Below, in pieces: positions 1-13,087 of a stretch of DNA of 64,000 nucleotides. Below the pieces are notes generated by a model. The model was not told where the DNA came from. It was given only the letters and a program-made list of their open reading frames with translations, and searched no databases. A program made the position numbers and the translations under genes. The stretch lies in assembly GCF_036588685.1 (NCBI RefSeq), contig NW_026963302.1, forward strand, positions 3,906,001 through 3,970,000, in the 5' to 3' direction. The stretch comes from Mytilus trossulus (taxonomy: Eukaryota). Position 1 is the first letter of the stretch, and every line of letters begins with the position of its first letter.

Positions 1-92
1 AGGAAGATGTGGTATAATAGCCAATGAGATAACTCTTCAAGCATTTAACTGTAATTTTGATTCCTTATTGACCAGTTTCCTTTATTTTTCAG

Positions 93-791
93 ATGATGCT
101 AAGTGTCCAGTAAAGAGCTTCATCAAGTACGCAACCAAACTCAACACAAACTGTGAATATTTCTTTCAAAGGCCAAAAACCACCATAAATGATGACTGTT
201 TGGTATGATGCAGCACCATTAGGACATAACACCCTAGGTGCTATGATGCCGGCAATATGTGAAAAGGCCGGTCTCGGAAAAAGATATACTAACCATTCAC
301 TTCGTGCAACAACTGTCCATGTTTTGGATGAGGCTGATTTTGCTGGAAGGCATATTATGTCAGTAACGGGTCACAAAAGTGAAAATTCTTTAAAAACATA
401 TACCGGGTTTACATCAGACAGAGTACTACATAATATGTCAAACGTAATTAGTGAAAGTCTTCGGACAGATGCTACACCTACAACTTCTACTGCTGCAGTT
501 CCTGATCGTAATGTTGAAGATATGTTCCAAATTGAGAATGACAGTGACATTATTGACTTCATGCTTTTGTCTGATTCGCAAATGAATAATGTATGCCAAG
601 ACATTACTAGTACTAACTCTTCACATGGACCGGTGGCTGCTTGTGAACAGCAACAAGTAAATGTTAACAAAACAGCAACATATTCAAGCTATCCATGTAT
701 AAACAATTTTGGAAATGGATATCCAAATTATCCTGTCATTACAAACAATTATGGGAATATCAATATCAACTACAATATCATTCCAAAGTAA
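93..791 (+). pseudogene. Crypton tyrosine recombinase (DUF3504-type) exon 2, frameshifted
   Basis: Acceptor tttttcAG at 91-92. Reads DAKCPVKSFIKY...FFQRPK, then needs a +1 shift (~176-198) into VWYDAAPLGHNTLGAMM...TNHSLRAT...TGHKS...LKTY (HxxR, H, Y catalytic residues). Confidence 0.85.
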
Positions 792-1118
792 ACTGTCTAT
801 AGACATTTTTATTGTTACATTGTGTAAAAGAACCTGTGATTATTTCAAAAACATCTTAATACCTGTTTCCAAGTCTGTTCTCTAATTTTTGCAAAATTAA
901 ATTTGTGTTGGTATTAAAAGATTAATTTCTTTTGATTATTATTCTTACAAAAAAGGATATTTCAGGGAGATAACTTAACAATAACTATGAATAAATCATA
1001 CAAATATCCAGTAAATTGCAAAAAAAACAACAAACAAATTAACATGCACATACATATACATGTATATTGAAGAGTATCAAGGACAATACACTCTTTATTT
1101 TCTGTATTATTGAATAAA

Positions 1119-1267
1119 ACAATTATTTTCTTTTGTTTCGGTAAATGTGTGGTTTTATTGACTTTTGAAAAAACTGATATTCACTTCGGCCGTTGGCCTC
1201 AGTGAATATCAGTTTTTTCAAAAGTCAATAAAACCACACATTTACCTCACCAAAAGACAATAATTGT
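1119..1267. repeat. Terminal hairpin of Crypton copy 1
   Basis: Perfect 46-bp arms at 1140-1185 and 1201-1246, 15-bp GC loop, and imperfect extension to 1119/1267. Confidence 0.95.
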
Positions 1268-1271
1268 ATAA

Positions 1272-1519
1272 TATACTTATCTTATGTCCGAATCTCCTGT
1301 CCTTTTTGTGTTCCTTCAGAGTTCAAACCACGCAATGAACAAATCACGAAAAGCATGCAATTTTATACCAAATAAAAGCGGGTAAATGTCTTATAAAAAA
1401 TGTAGGTGAACAAAAGACGCTTAAGTCCGTCAAAATTAAAGAAAAGTTAACTCTAGTTTAGCAGACGATACTCTCAATTTATTAAATTGATTTAATGCTG
1501 AACGATTAAATCTTATTAT
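1272..1519 (-). mobile_element. 5' terminal segment of decayed Ngaro-2 (duplicate of 35228-35474)
   Basis: Same sequence as 35228-35474. Joins the satellite at the TTATTAT core, 1513-1519. Confidence 0.75.
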
Positions 1520-4500
1520 ACAATTATAGACAACTTGTTACTATGATTTCAGGAGAAAGTCAAAACTTGTGCAATAATCTCACAACATAAGAATGAAAAA
1601 TGTCGGCGATTTTTAAGAAAGGTATATTCAAAAAATTATTAATAGAAAGCAAAACATCAATATCAAGATACTCAACTTTGTAATTAGGATATTATATACA
1701 ACTGCACCGTGTAATGTGGTTCAATTTTACTTACAAAATTGATAAAAAAAAATATCAACGTCAGATAATATTATCCATAAGCATTGTGAATAAAATGACG
1801 TTTTTCTATTGTTAGGAGAGACTTTAAATAGTAAAATCTAGTAACCTAGTCTGCAAACAGAAATTAGAACTGATATCATATAATGCAGTCAATAAACATA
1901 ATAATGGTAACTTCACATTGTAGGCAAATAATCATAATCGCTTTAAAACAAATATCTGCCTTCGAGGTTACTGATTTTTTTTGTAAAAAATCTAATTGAT
2001 TTTTAACAAATTTCATGTACTTTCATTGTTATTGTACATTAATTATTACTTCATAATCATACAATTATAGACAATGTGTTACTATAATTTCAGGAGAAAT
2101 TCCAAACGTGTGCAATAATCTCACAATATAAGAAGGAAAAATGTCGGCGATTTTTACGAAAGGTATATTCGAAAAATTATTAATACGAAGCAAAATATCA
2201 TTATCAAGATAATCAACTTTGTAATTATGATATTATATACAACTACACCGTGTAATGTGGTTCAATTTTACTGACAAAATTGATAAAAAAAAATCAACGT
2301 CAGATAATATTATCCATAAGCATAAGCGAATAAAACGACGTTTATCTATTGAAAGAAGAGACTTTAAAAAGTAAAAGCTAGTAACATAGTCTGCAAACAG
2401 AAATGAGAACTGATATCAAAGAATGCTTTCAATAAACATAATAATGGTAACTTCACATTGTAGGCAAATAATCATAATCGCTTTAAAACAGAGATCTGCC
2501 TTCGAGGTTACTGATTATTTTTGTAAAAATTCTAAATGATTTTAAACAAGTTTTATGTACATTCATTGTTATTGTACATTCATTCTTACTTTATTACTAT
2601 ACAATTATAGACAATTTGTAATTATAATTTCGGGAAAAAGTCCAAACTTGTGCAATAATCTCACAACATAAGAAGGAAAAATGTCGGCGATTTTTTAGAA
2701 AGGTATATTCGAAAAATTATTAATAGAAAACAAAACATTAATATCAAGATAATCAACTTTGTAATTATAATACTTCATATAACCGCACCGTTTAATGTGG
2801 TTAAATTTTACTTACAAGATTGTTTAAAAAAAAAATATCAACGTCAGATGATGTTATCCATAAACATTGTGAATAAAATGACGTTTTTCTATTTGTTAGG
2901 AGAGGCTTTAAATAGTAAAAGCTAGTAACATAATATGCTGACAGAAATGAGAACTGATATCAAAGAATGCTTTCAATAAACATAAAAATGGTAACATCAC
3001 ATTGTAGGCAAATAATCCAAAAAGCATTTAAAAAAATATCTGTCTTCGAGGTTACTGATTATTTTTGTAAACATTCTAAATGATTTTAAACAAGTTTTAT
3101 GTACATTCTTTGTTTTTGTACATTAATTCTTACTTTATTCTTATACAATTATACACAATTTGTTATTATAATTTCGTGAGAAAGTCCAAACTTGTGAAAT
3201 AATCTCACAACATAAGAAGCAAAAATGTCGGCGATTTTTTAGAAAGGTATATTCGAAAAACTATTAGTTAAAAGCAAAACATTAAGATCAAGATAATCAA
3301 CTTTGTAATTATGATATTATTTACAACGGCACCGTGTAATGTGGTTCAATTTTACTAATTGATAACAAAAAATATCAACGTCAGATAATGTTAACCATAA
3401 GCATATGCGAATACAATGACGTTTTTCTATTGTAAGAAGAGACTTTAAAAAGTAAAAGCTAGTAACATAGTCTGCGAACAGAAATAAGAACTGATATCAT
3501 AGAATGCTTTCAATAAACATAATAATGGTAACTTCACATTGTAGACAAATAATCCTAAACGCTTTAAAACAGATATCTGCCTACTAGGTTACTGATTATT
3601 TTTGTAAAAAGTCTAAATGATTTTTAACAAATTTCATGTACATTCATTGTTATTGTACATTAATTCTTGCTTAATTTTTATACAATTATAGACAATTTGT
3701 TATTATAATTTCAGGAGAAAGTCCAAACTTGTGCAATAATCTCAAAACACAAGAAAGAAAAATGTCGGCGATTTTTTAGAAAGGTATATTCGAAAAATTA
3801 TTAATAGAAAACAAAAAATTGATATCAAGATAATCAACTTTGTAATTATGATATAATATATAACGGCACCGTGTAATGTGGTTCAATTTTACTTTCAAAA
3901 TTGATAAAAAAAAAAATCAACGTCAGATAATGTTATCCATAAGCATTTGTGAATAAAATGACGTTTTTCTATTTGTTAGGAGAGACTTTAAATAGTAAAA
4001 GCTAGTAACATAGTCTGCAAACAGAAATAAGAACTGATGTCAAAGAATGCTTTCAATAAACATAATAATGGTAACTTCACATTGTACGCAACTAATCATA
4101 AACGCTTTAAAACAAGTATCTGCCTTCGAGGTTACTGTTTATTTAAAAAAAAATCTAATTGATTTTTAACAATTTTTATGTACATTCATTGTTATTGAAC
4201 ATTAATTCTTACTTCATTATTATACAATTATAGACAATTTGTTATTATAATTTCAGGAGAAAGTCCAAACTTGTGCAATAATCTCACAACATAAGAAGGA
4301 AAAATGTCGGCGAATTTTTAGAAAGGTATATTCGAAAAACTATTAGTAAAAAGCAAAACATTAATATCAAGATAATCCAGTTTGTTATTATGATATTATG
4401 TATAACGGCACCGTGTAATGTGGTTCAATTTTACTTACAAAATTGATAAAAAAAAAAATCAACGTCAGATGATGTTATCCATAAGCATTTGTGAATTAAA

Positions 4501-7500
4501 GGACGTTTTTCTATTTGTTAGGAGAGGCTTTAAATAGTAAAAGCTAGTAACATAATATGCGGACAGAATTAAGAACTGATATTAAATAATGCATTTAATA
4601 AACATAATAATGGTAACATCACATTGTAGGCAAATAATCCAAAAAGCATTAAAACAAATATCTGCCTTCGAGGTTACTGATTATTTTTGTAAACATTCTA
4701 AATGATTTTAAACAAGTTTTATGTACATTCATTGTTATTGTACATTAATTCTTACTTTATTCTTATACAATAATACACAATTTGTTATTATAATTTCGAG
4801 AGAAAGTTCAAACTTGTGCAATAATCTCACAACATAAGAAGCAAAAATGTCGGCGATTTTTTAGAAAGTAATATTCGAAAAACTATTAGTAAAAAGCAAA
4901 ACATTAAGATCAAGATAATCAACTTTGTAATTATGATATTATATACAACGGCCTCGTGTAATGTGGTTCAATTTTACTTACAAAATTGATAAAAAAAAAA
5001 ATCAACGTCAGATAATGTTAACCATAAGCATATGCGAATACAATGACGTTTTTCATTTGTAAGAAGAGACTTTAAAAAGTAAAAGCTAGTAACATAGTCT
5101 GCGAACAGAAATAAGAACTGATATCATAGAATGCTTTCAATAAACATAATAATGGTAACTTCACATTGTAGACAAATAATCCTAAACGCTTTAAAACAGA
5201 TATCTGCTTTCGAGGTTACTGATTATTTTTATAAAAAATCTAAATGATTTTAAACAAGTGTTATGTACATTCATTGTTATTGTACATTAATTCTTACTTT
5301 ATTATTATACAATTATAGACAATTTGTTATTATAATTACGGGAAAAAGTCCAAACTTGTGCAATATTCTCACAACATAAGAAGCAAAAATGTCGGCGATT
5401 TTTTAGAAAGTAATATTCGAAAAACTATTAGTAAAAAGCAAAACATTACATCAAGATAATCAATTTTGTAATTATGATATTATATACAACGGCCTCGTGT
5501 AATGTGGTTCAATTTTACTTTTAAAATTAATAAAAAAAAAAAATCAACGTCAGATGATGTTATCCATAAGCATTTGTGAATTAAAGGACGTTTTTCTATT
5601 TGTTAGGAGAGGATTTAAATAGTAAAAGCTAGTAACATAATATGCGGACAGAATTAAGAACTGATATTAAATAATGCTTTCAATAAACATAATAATGGTA
5701 ACATCACATTGTAGGCATATAATCCAAAAAGCATTAAAACAAATATCTGCCTTCGAGGTTACTGATTATTTTTTTAAACATTCTAAATGATTTTAAACAA
5801 GTTTTATGTACATTCATTGTTATTGTACATTAATTCTTACTTTATTCTTATACAATAATACACAATTTGTTATTATAATTTCGAGAGAAAGTTCAAACTT
5901 GTGCAATAATCTCACAACATAAGAAGCAAAAATGTCGGCGTTCTTTTAGAAAGTAATATTCGAAAAACTATTAGTAAAAAGCAAAACATTAAGATCAAGA
6001 TAATCAACTTTGTAATTATGATATTATAAACAACGGCCTCGTGTAATGTGGTTCAATTTTACTTACAAAATTGATAAAAAAAATATCAACGTCAGATAAT
6101 GTTAACCATAAGCATATGCGAATAAAATGACGTTTTTCTATTTGTTAAGAGAGACTTTAAAAAGTAAAAGCTAGTAACATAGTCTACAAACAGAAATAAG
6201 AACTGATATCAAAGAATGCTTTCAATAAACATAATAATGGTAACTTCACATTGTAGGCAAATAATCCTAAACGCTTTAAAACAGATATCTGCTTTCGAGG
6301 TTACTGATTATTTTTCTAAAAAATCTAAATGATTTTAAACAAGTGTTATGTACATTCATTGTTATTGTACATTAATTCTTACTTTATTATTATACAATTA
6401 TACACAATTTGTTATTATAATTACGGGAAAAAGTCCAATCTTGTGCAATAATCTCAAAACACAAGAAAGAAAAATGTCGGCGATTTTTTAGAAAGGTATA
6501 TTCGAAAAATTATTAATAGAAAACAAAAAATTGATATCAAGATAATCAACTTTGTAATTATGATATAATATATAACGGCACCGTGTAATGTGGTTCAATT
6601 TTACTTTCAAAATTGAAAAAAAAAAAAAAAATCAACGTCAGATAATGTTATCCATAAGCATTTGTGAATAAAATAACGTTTTTCTATTTGTTAGGAGAGA
6701 CTTTAAATAGTAAAAGCTAGTAACATAGTTTGCAAACAGAAATAAGAACTGATATCAACGAATGCTTTCAATAAACATAATAATGGTAACTTCACATTGT
6801 ACGCAACTAATCATAAACGCTTTAAAACAAATATCTGCCTTCGAGGTTACTTATTATTTAAAAAAAAAATCTAATTAATTTTTAACAATTTTTATGTACA
6901 TTCATTGTTATTGTACATTAATTCTTACTTCATTATTATACAATTATAGACAATTTGTTATTATCATTTCAGGAGAAAGTCAAAACTTGTGCAATAATCT
7001 CACAACATAAGGAGGAAAAATGTCGGCGAATTTTTTAGAAAGGTATATTCGAAAAACTATTAGTAAAAAGCAAAACATTAATATCAAGATAATCCAGTTT
7101 GTTATTATGATATTATATATAACGGCACCGTGTAATGTGGTTCAATTTTACTTTTAAAATTGATAAAAAAAAAAAAATCAACGTCAGATGATGTTATCCA
7201 TAAGCATTTGTGAATTAAAGGACGTTTTTCTATTTGTTAGGAGAGGCTTTAAATAGTAAGAGCTAGTAACATAATATGCGGACAGAATTAAGAACTGATA
7301 TTAAATAATGCTTTCAATAAACATAATAATGGTAACATCACATTGTAGGCAACTAATCCAAAAAGCATTAAAACAAATATCTGCCTTCGAGGTTACTGAT
7401 TATTTTTGTAAACATTCTAAATGATTTTAAACAAGTTTTATGTACATTCATTGTTATTGTACATTAATTCTTACTTTATTCTTATACAATAATACACAAT

Positions 7501-10500
7501 TTGTTATTATAATTTCGAGAGAAAGTTCAAACTTGTGCAATAATCTCACAACATAAGAAGCAAAAATGTCGGCGTTCTTTTAGAAAGTAATATTCGAAAA
7601 ACTATTAGTAAAAAGCAAAACATTAAGATCAAGATAATCAACTTTGTAATTATGATATTATAAACAACGGCCTCGTGTAATGTGGTTCAATTTTACTTAC
7701 AAAATTGATAAAAAAAATATCAACGTCAGATAATGTTAACCATAAGCATATGCGAATAAAATGACGTTTTTCTATTTGTTAAGAGAGACTTTAAAAAGTA
7801 AAAGCTAGTAACATAGTCTACAAACAGAAATAAGAACTGATATCAAAGAATGCTTTCAATAAACATAATAATGGTAACTTCACATTGTAGGCAAATAATC
7901 CTAAACGCTTTAAAACAGATATCTGCTTTCGAGGTTACTGATTATTTTTCTAAAAAATCTAAATGATTTTAAACAAGTGTTATGTACATTCATTGTTATT
8001 GTACATTAATTCTTACTTTATTATTATACAATTACACACAATTTGTTATTATAATTACGGGAAAAAGTCCAATCTTGTGCAATAATCTCAAAACACAAGA
8101 AAGAAAAATGTCGGCGATTTTTTAGAAAGGTATATTCGAAAAATTATTAATAGAAAACAAAAAATTGATATCAAGATAATCAACTTTGTAATTATGATAT
8201 AATATATAACGGCACCGTGTAATGTGGTTCAATTTTACTTTCAAAATTGAAAAAAAAAAAAAATCAACGTCAGATAATGTTATCCATAAGCATTTGTGAA
8301 TAAAATAACGTTTTTCTATTTGTTAGGAGAGACTTTAAATAGTAAAAGCTAGTAACATAGTTTGCAAACAGAAATAAGAACTGATATCAACGAATGCTTT
8401 CAATAAACATAATAATGGTAACTTCACATTGTACGCAACTAATCATAAACGCTTTAAAACAAATATCTGCCTTCGAGGTTACTTATTATTTAAAAAAAAA
8501 ATCTAATTAATTTTTAACAATTTTTATGTACATTCATTGTTATTGTACATTAATTCTTACTTCATTATTATACAATTATAGACAATTTGTTATTATCATT
8601 TCAGGAGAAAGTCAAAACTTGTGCAATAATCTCACACCATAAGGAGGAAAAATGTCGGCGAATTTTTTAGAAAGGTATATTCGAAAAACTATTAGTAAAA
8701 AGCAAAACATTAATATCAAGATAATCCAGTTTGTTATTATGATATTATATATAACGGCACCGTGTAATGTGGTTCAATTTTACTTTTAAAATTGATAAAA
8801 AAAAAAAATCAACGTCAGATGATGTTATCCATAAGCATTTGTGAATTAAAGGACGTTTTTCTATTTGTTAGGAGAGGCTTTAAATAGTAAGAGCTAGTAA
8901 CATAATATGCGGACAGAATTAAGAACTGATATTAAATAATGCTTTCAATAAACATAATAATGGTAACATCACATTGTAGGCAACTAATCCAAAAAGCATT
9001 AAAACAAATATCTGCCTTCGAGGTTACTGATTATTTTTGTAAACATTCTAAATGATTTTAAACAAGTTTTATGTACATTCATTGTTATTGTACATTAATT
9101 CTTACTTTATTCTTATACAATATTACACAATTTGTTATTATAATTTCGAGAGAAAGTTCAAACTTGTGCAATAATCTCACAACATAAGAAGCAAAAATGT
9201 CGGCGATCTTTTAGAAAGTAATATTCGAAAAACTATTAGTAAAAAGCAAAACATTAAGATCAAGATAATCAACTTAGTAATTATGATATTATAAACAACG
9301 GCCTCGTGTAATGTGTTTCAATTTTACTTACAAAATTGATAAAAAAAATATCAACGTCAGACAATGTTAACCATAAGCATATGCGAATAAAATGACGTTT
9401 TTCTATTTGTTAAGAGAGACTTTAAAAAGTAAAAGCTAGTAACATAGTCTGCAAACAGAAATAAGAACTGATATCAAAGAATGCTTTCAATAAACATAAT
9501 AATGGTAACTTCACATTGTAGGCAAATAATCCTAAACGCTTTAAAACAGATATCTGCTTTCGAGGTTACTGATTATTTTTCTAAAAAATCTAAATGATTT
9601 TAAACAAGTGTTATGTACATTCATTGTTATTGTACATTAATTCTTACTTTATTATTATACAATTATACACAATTTGTTATTATAATTACGGGAAAAAGTC
9701 CAATCTTGTGCAATAATCTCACAACATAAGAAGGAAAAATGTCGGCGATTTTTTAGAAAGTAATATTCGAAAAACTATTAGTAAAAAGCAAAACATTAAG
9801 ATCAAGATAATCAACTTTGTAATTATGATATTATATACAACGGCCTCGTGTAATGTGGTTCAATTTTACTTACAAAATTGATAAAAAAAATATCAACGTC
9901 AGATAATGTTAACCATAAGCATATGCGAATACAATGACGTTTTTCATTTGTAAGAAGAGACTTTAAAAAGTAAAAGCTAATAACATAGTCTGCGAACAGA
10001 AATAAGAACTGATATCATAGAATGCTTTCAATAAACATAATAATGGTAACTCCACATTGTAGACAAATAATCCTAAACGCTTTAAAAACAGATATCTGCC
10101 TACTAGGTTACTGATTATTTTTGTAAAAAGTCTAAATGATTTTTAACAAATTTCATGTACATTCATTGTTATTGTACATTAATTCTTGCTTATTTTTTAT
10201 ACAATTATAGACAATTTGTTATTATAATTTCAGGAGAAAGTCCAAACTTGTGCAATAATCTCAAAACACAAGAAAGAAAAATGTTTGCGATTTTTTAGAA
10301 AGGTATATTCGAAAAATTATTAATAGAAAACAAAAAATTGATATCGAGATAATCAACTTTGTAATTATGATATAATATATAACGGCACCGTGTAATGTGG
10401 TTCAATTTTACTTTCAAAATTGATAAAAAAAAATATCAACGTCAGATAATGTTAACCATAAGCATATGCGAATAAAATGACGTTTTTCTATTTGTTAAGA

Positions 10501-13087
10501 GAGACTTTAAAAAGTAAAAGCTAGAAACATAGTCTGCAAACAGAAATAAGAACTGATATCAAAGAATGCTTTCAATAAACATAATAATGGTAACTTCACA
10601 TTGTAGGCAAATAATCCTAAACGCTTTAAAACAGATATCTGCTTTCGAGGTTACTGATTATTTTTTATAAAAAATCTAAATGATTTTAAACAAATGTTAT
10701 GTACATTCATTGTTATTGTACATTAATTCTTACTTTATTATTATACAATTATACACAATTTGTTATTATAATTACGGGAAAAAGTCCAATCTTGTGCAAT
10801 AATCTCACAACATAAGGAGGAAAAATGTCGGCGATTTTTTAGAAAGTAATATTCGAAAAACTATTAGTAAAAAGCAAAACATTAAGATCAAGATAATCAA
10901 CTTTGTAATTATGATATTATATACAACGGCCTCGTGTAATGTGGTTCAATTTTACTTACAAAATTGATAAAAAAAAATATCAACGTCAGATAATGTTAAC
11001 CATAAGCATATGCGAATACAATGACGTTTTTCATTTGTAAGAAGAGACTTTAAAAAGTAAAAGCTAGTAACATAGTCTGCGAACAGAAATAAGAACGGAT
11101 ATCATAGAATGCTTTCAATAAACATAATAATGGTAACTTCACATTGTAGACAAATAATCCTAAACGCTTTAAAACAGATATCTGCCTACTAGGTTACTGA
11201 TTATTTTTGTAAAAAGTCTAAATGATTTTTAACAAATTTCATGTACATTCATTGTTATTGTACATTAATTCTTGCTTATTTTTTATACAATTATAGACAA
11301 TTTGTTATTATAATTTCAGGAGAAAGTCCAAACTTGTGTGCAATAATCTCAAAACACAAGAAAGAAAAATGTCGGCGATTTTTTAGAAAGGTATATTCGA
11401 AAAATTATTAATAGAAAACAAAATATTGATATCAAGATAATCAACTTTGTAATTATGATATAATATATAACGGCACCGTGTAATGTGGTTCAATTTTACT
11501 TTCAAAATTGATAAAAAAAAATCAACGTCAGATAATGTTATCCATAAGCATTTGTGAATAAAATGACGTTTTTCTATTTGTTAGGAGAGACTTTAAAAAG
11601 CAAAAAATAGTAAAATAGTCTACAAACAGAAATAAGAACTGATATCAAAGAATGCTTTCAATAAACATAATAAAGGTAACTTCACATTGTACGCAAATAA
11701 TCCAAAACGCATAAAAACAAATATCTGCCTTCGAGGTTACTGCTTATTTAAAAAAAATCTAAATGATTTTTAACAAATTTCATGTACATTCATTGTTATT
11801 GTACATTAATTCTTACTTCATTATTATACAATTATGGACAATTTGTTACTATAATTTCAGGAGAAAGTCCAAACGTGTGCAATAATCTTACAACATAAGA
11901 AGGAAAAATGTCGGCGATTTTTTAGAAAGGTATATTCGAAAAATTATTAATAGAAAACAAAAAATTGATATCAAGATAATCAACTTTGTAATTATGATAT
12001 AATATATAACGGCACCGTGTAATGTGGTTCAATTTTACTTTCAAAATTGATAAAAAAAAAAATCAACGTCAGATAAAGTTATCCATAAGCATTTGTGAAT
12101 AAAATGACGTTTTTCTATTTGTTAGGAGAGACTTTAAATAGTAAAAGCTAGTAACATAGTCTGCAAACAAAAATAAGAACTGATATCAAAGAGTGCTTTC
12201 AATAAACATAATAATGGTAACTTCACATTGTACGCAACTAATCATAAACGCTTTAGAACAAATATCTGCCTTCGAGGTTACTGTTTATTTAAAAAAAAAA
12301 TCTAATTGATTTTTAACAATTTTTATGTACATTCATTGTTATTGTACATTAATTCTTACTTCATTATTATACAATTATAGACAATTTGTTATTATAATTT
12401 CAGGAGAAAGTCCAAACTTGTGCAATAATCTCACAACATAAGAAGGAAAAATGTCGGCGAATTTTTAGAAAGGTATATTCGAAAAACTATTAGTAAAAAG
12501 CAATACATTAATATCAAGATAATCCAGTTTGTTATTATGATATTATATATAACGGCACCGTGTAATGTGGTTCAATTTTACTTTTAAAATTGATCAAAAA
12601 AAAATCAACGTCAGATGATGTTATCCATAAGCATTTGTGAATTAAAGGACGTTTTTCTATTTGTTAGGAGAGGCTTTAAATAGTAAAAGCTAGTAACATA
12701 ATATGCGGACAGAACTAAGAACTGATATTAAATAATGCTTTCAATAAACATAATAATGGTAACATCACATTGTAGGCAAATAATCCAAAAAGCATTAAAA
12801 CAAATATCTGCCTTCGAGGTTACTGATTATTTTTGTTAACATTCTAAATGATTTTAAACAAGTTTTATGTACATTCATTGTTATTGTACATTAATTCTTA
12901 CTTTATTCTTATACAATAATACACAATTTGTTATTATAATTTCGAGAGAAAGTTCAAACTTGTGAAATAATCTCACAACATAAGAAGCAAAAATGTCGGC
13001 GATCTTTTAGAAAGTAATATTCGAAAAACTATTAGTAAAAAGCAAAACATTAAGATCAAGATAATCAACTTTGTAATTATGATATTA
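1513..13087. repeat. ~540-545 bp satellite, block 1 (~21 monomers), with ABC trimer HOR (~1634 bp)
   Basis: Landmarks such as cacattgtag and aaaatgtcggcg recur every ~540 bp. Variant ggcgttcttt at 5937 and 7571 gives a period of 1634. Confidence 0.97.

Larger units (their letters stand above)
1..1271 (+). mobile_element. Crypton (YR DNA transposon), 3' part of copy 1; runs off the left edge
   Basis: Near-identical to 33954-35227 (offset 33953). Contains the intron end, YR exon 2 and the terminal hairpin. Confidence 0.85.

Noticed and set aside
1550-2090. Internal ~270-bp dimer structure of the monomer (two AGGAGA motifs ~264 bp apart)
   Set aside because: The two halves do not align beyond the short motif.
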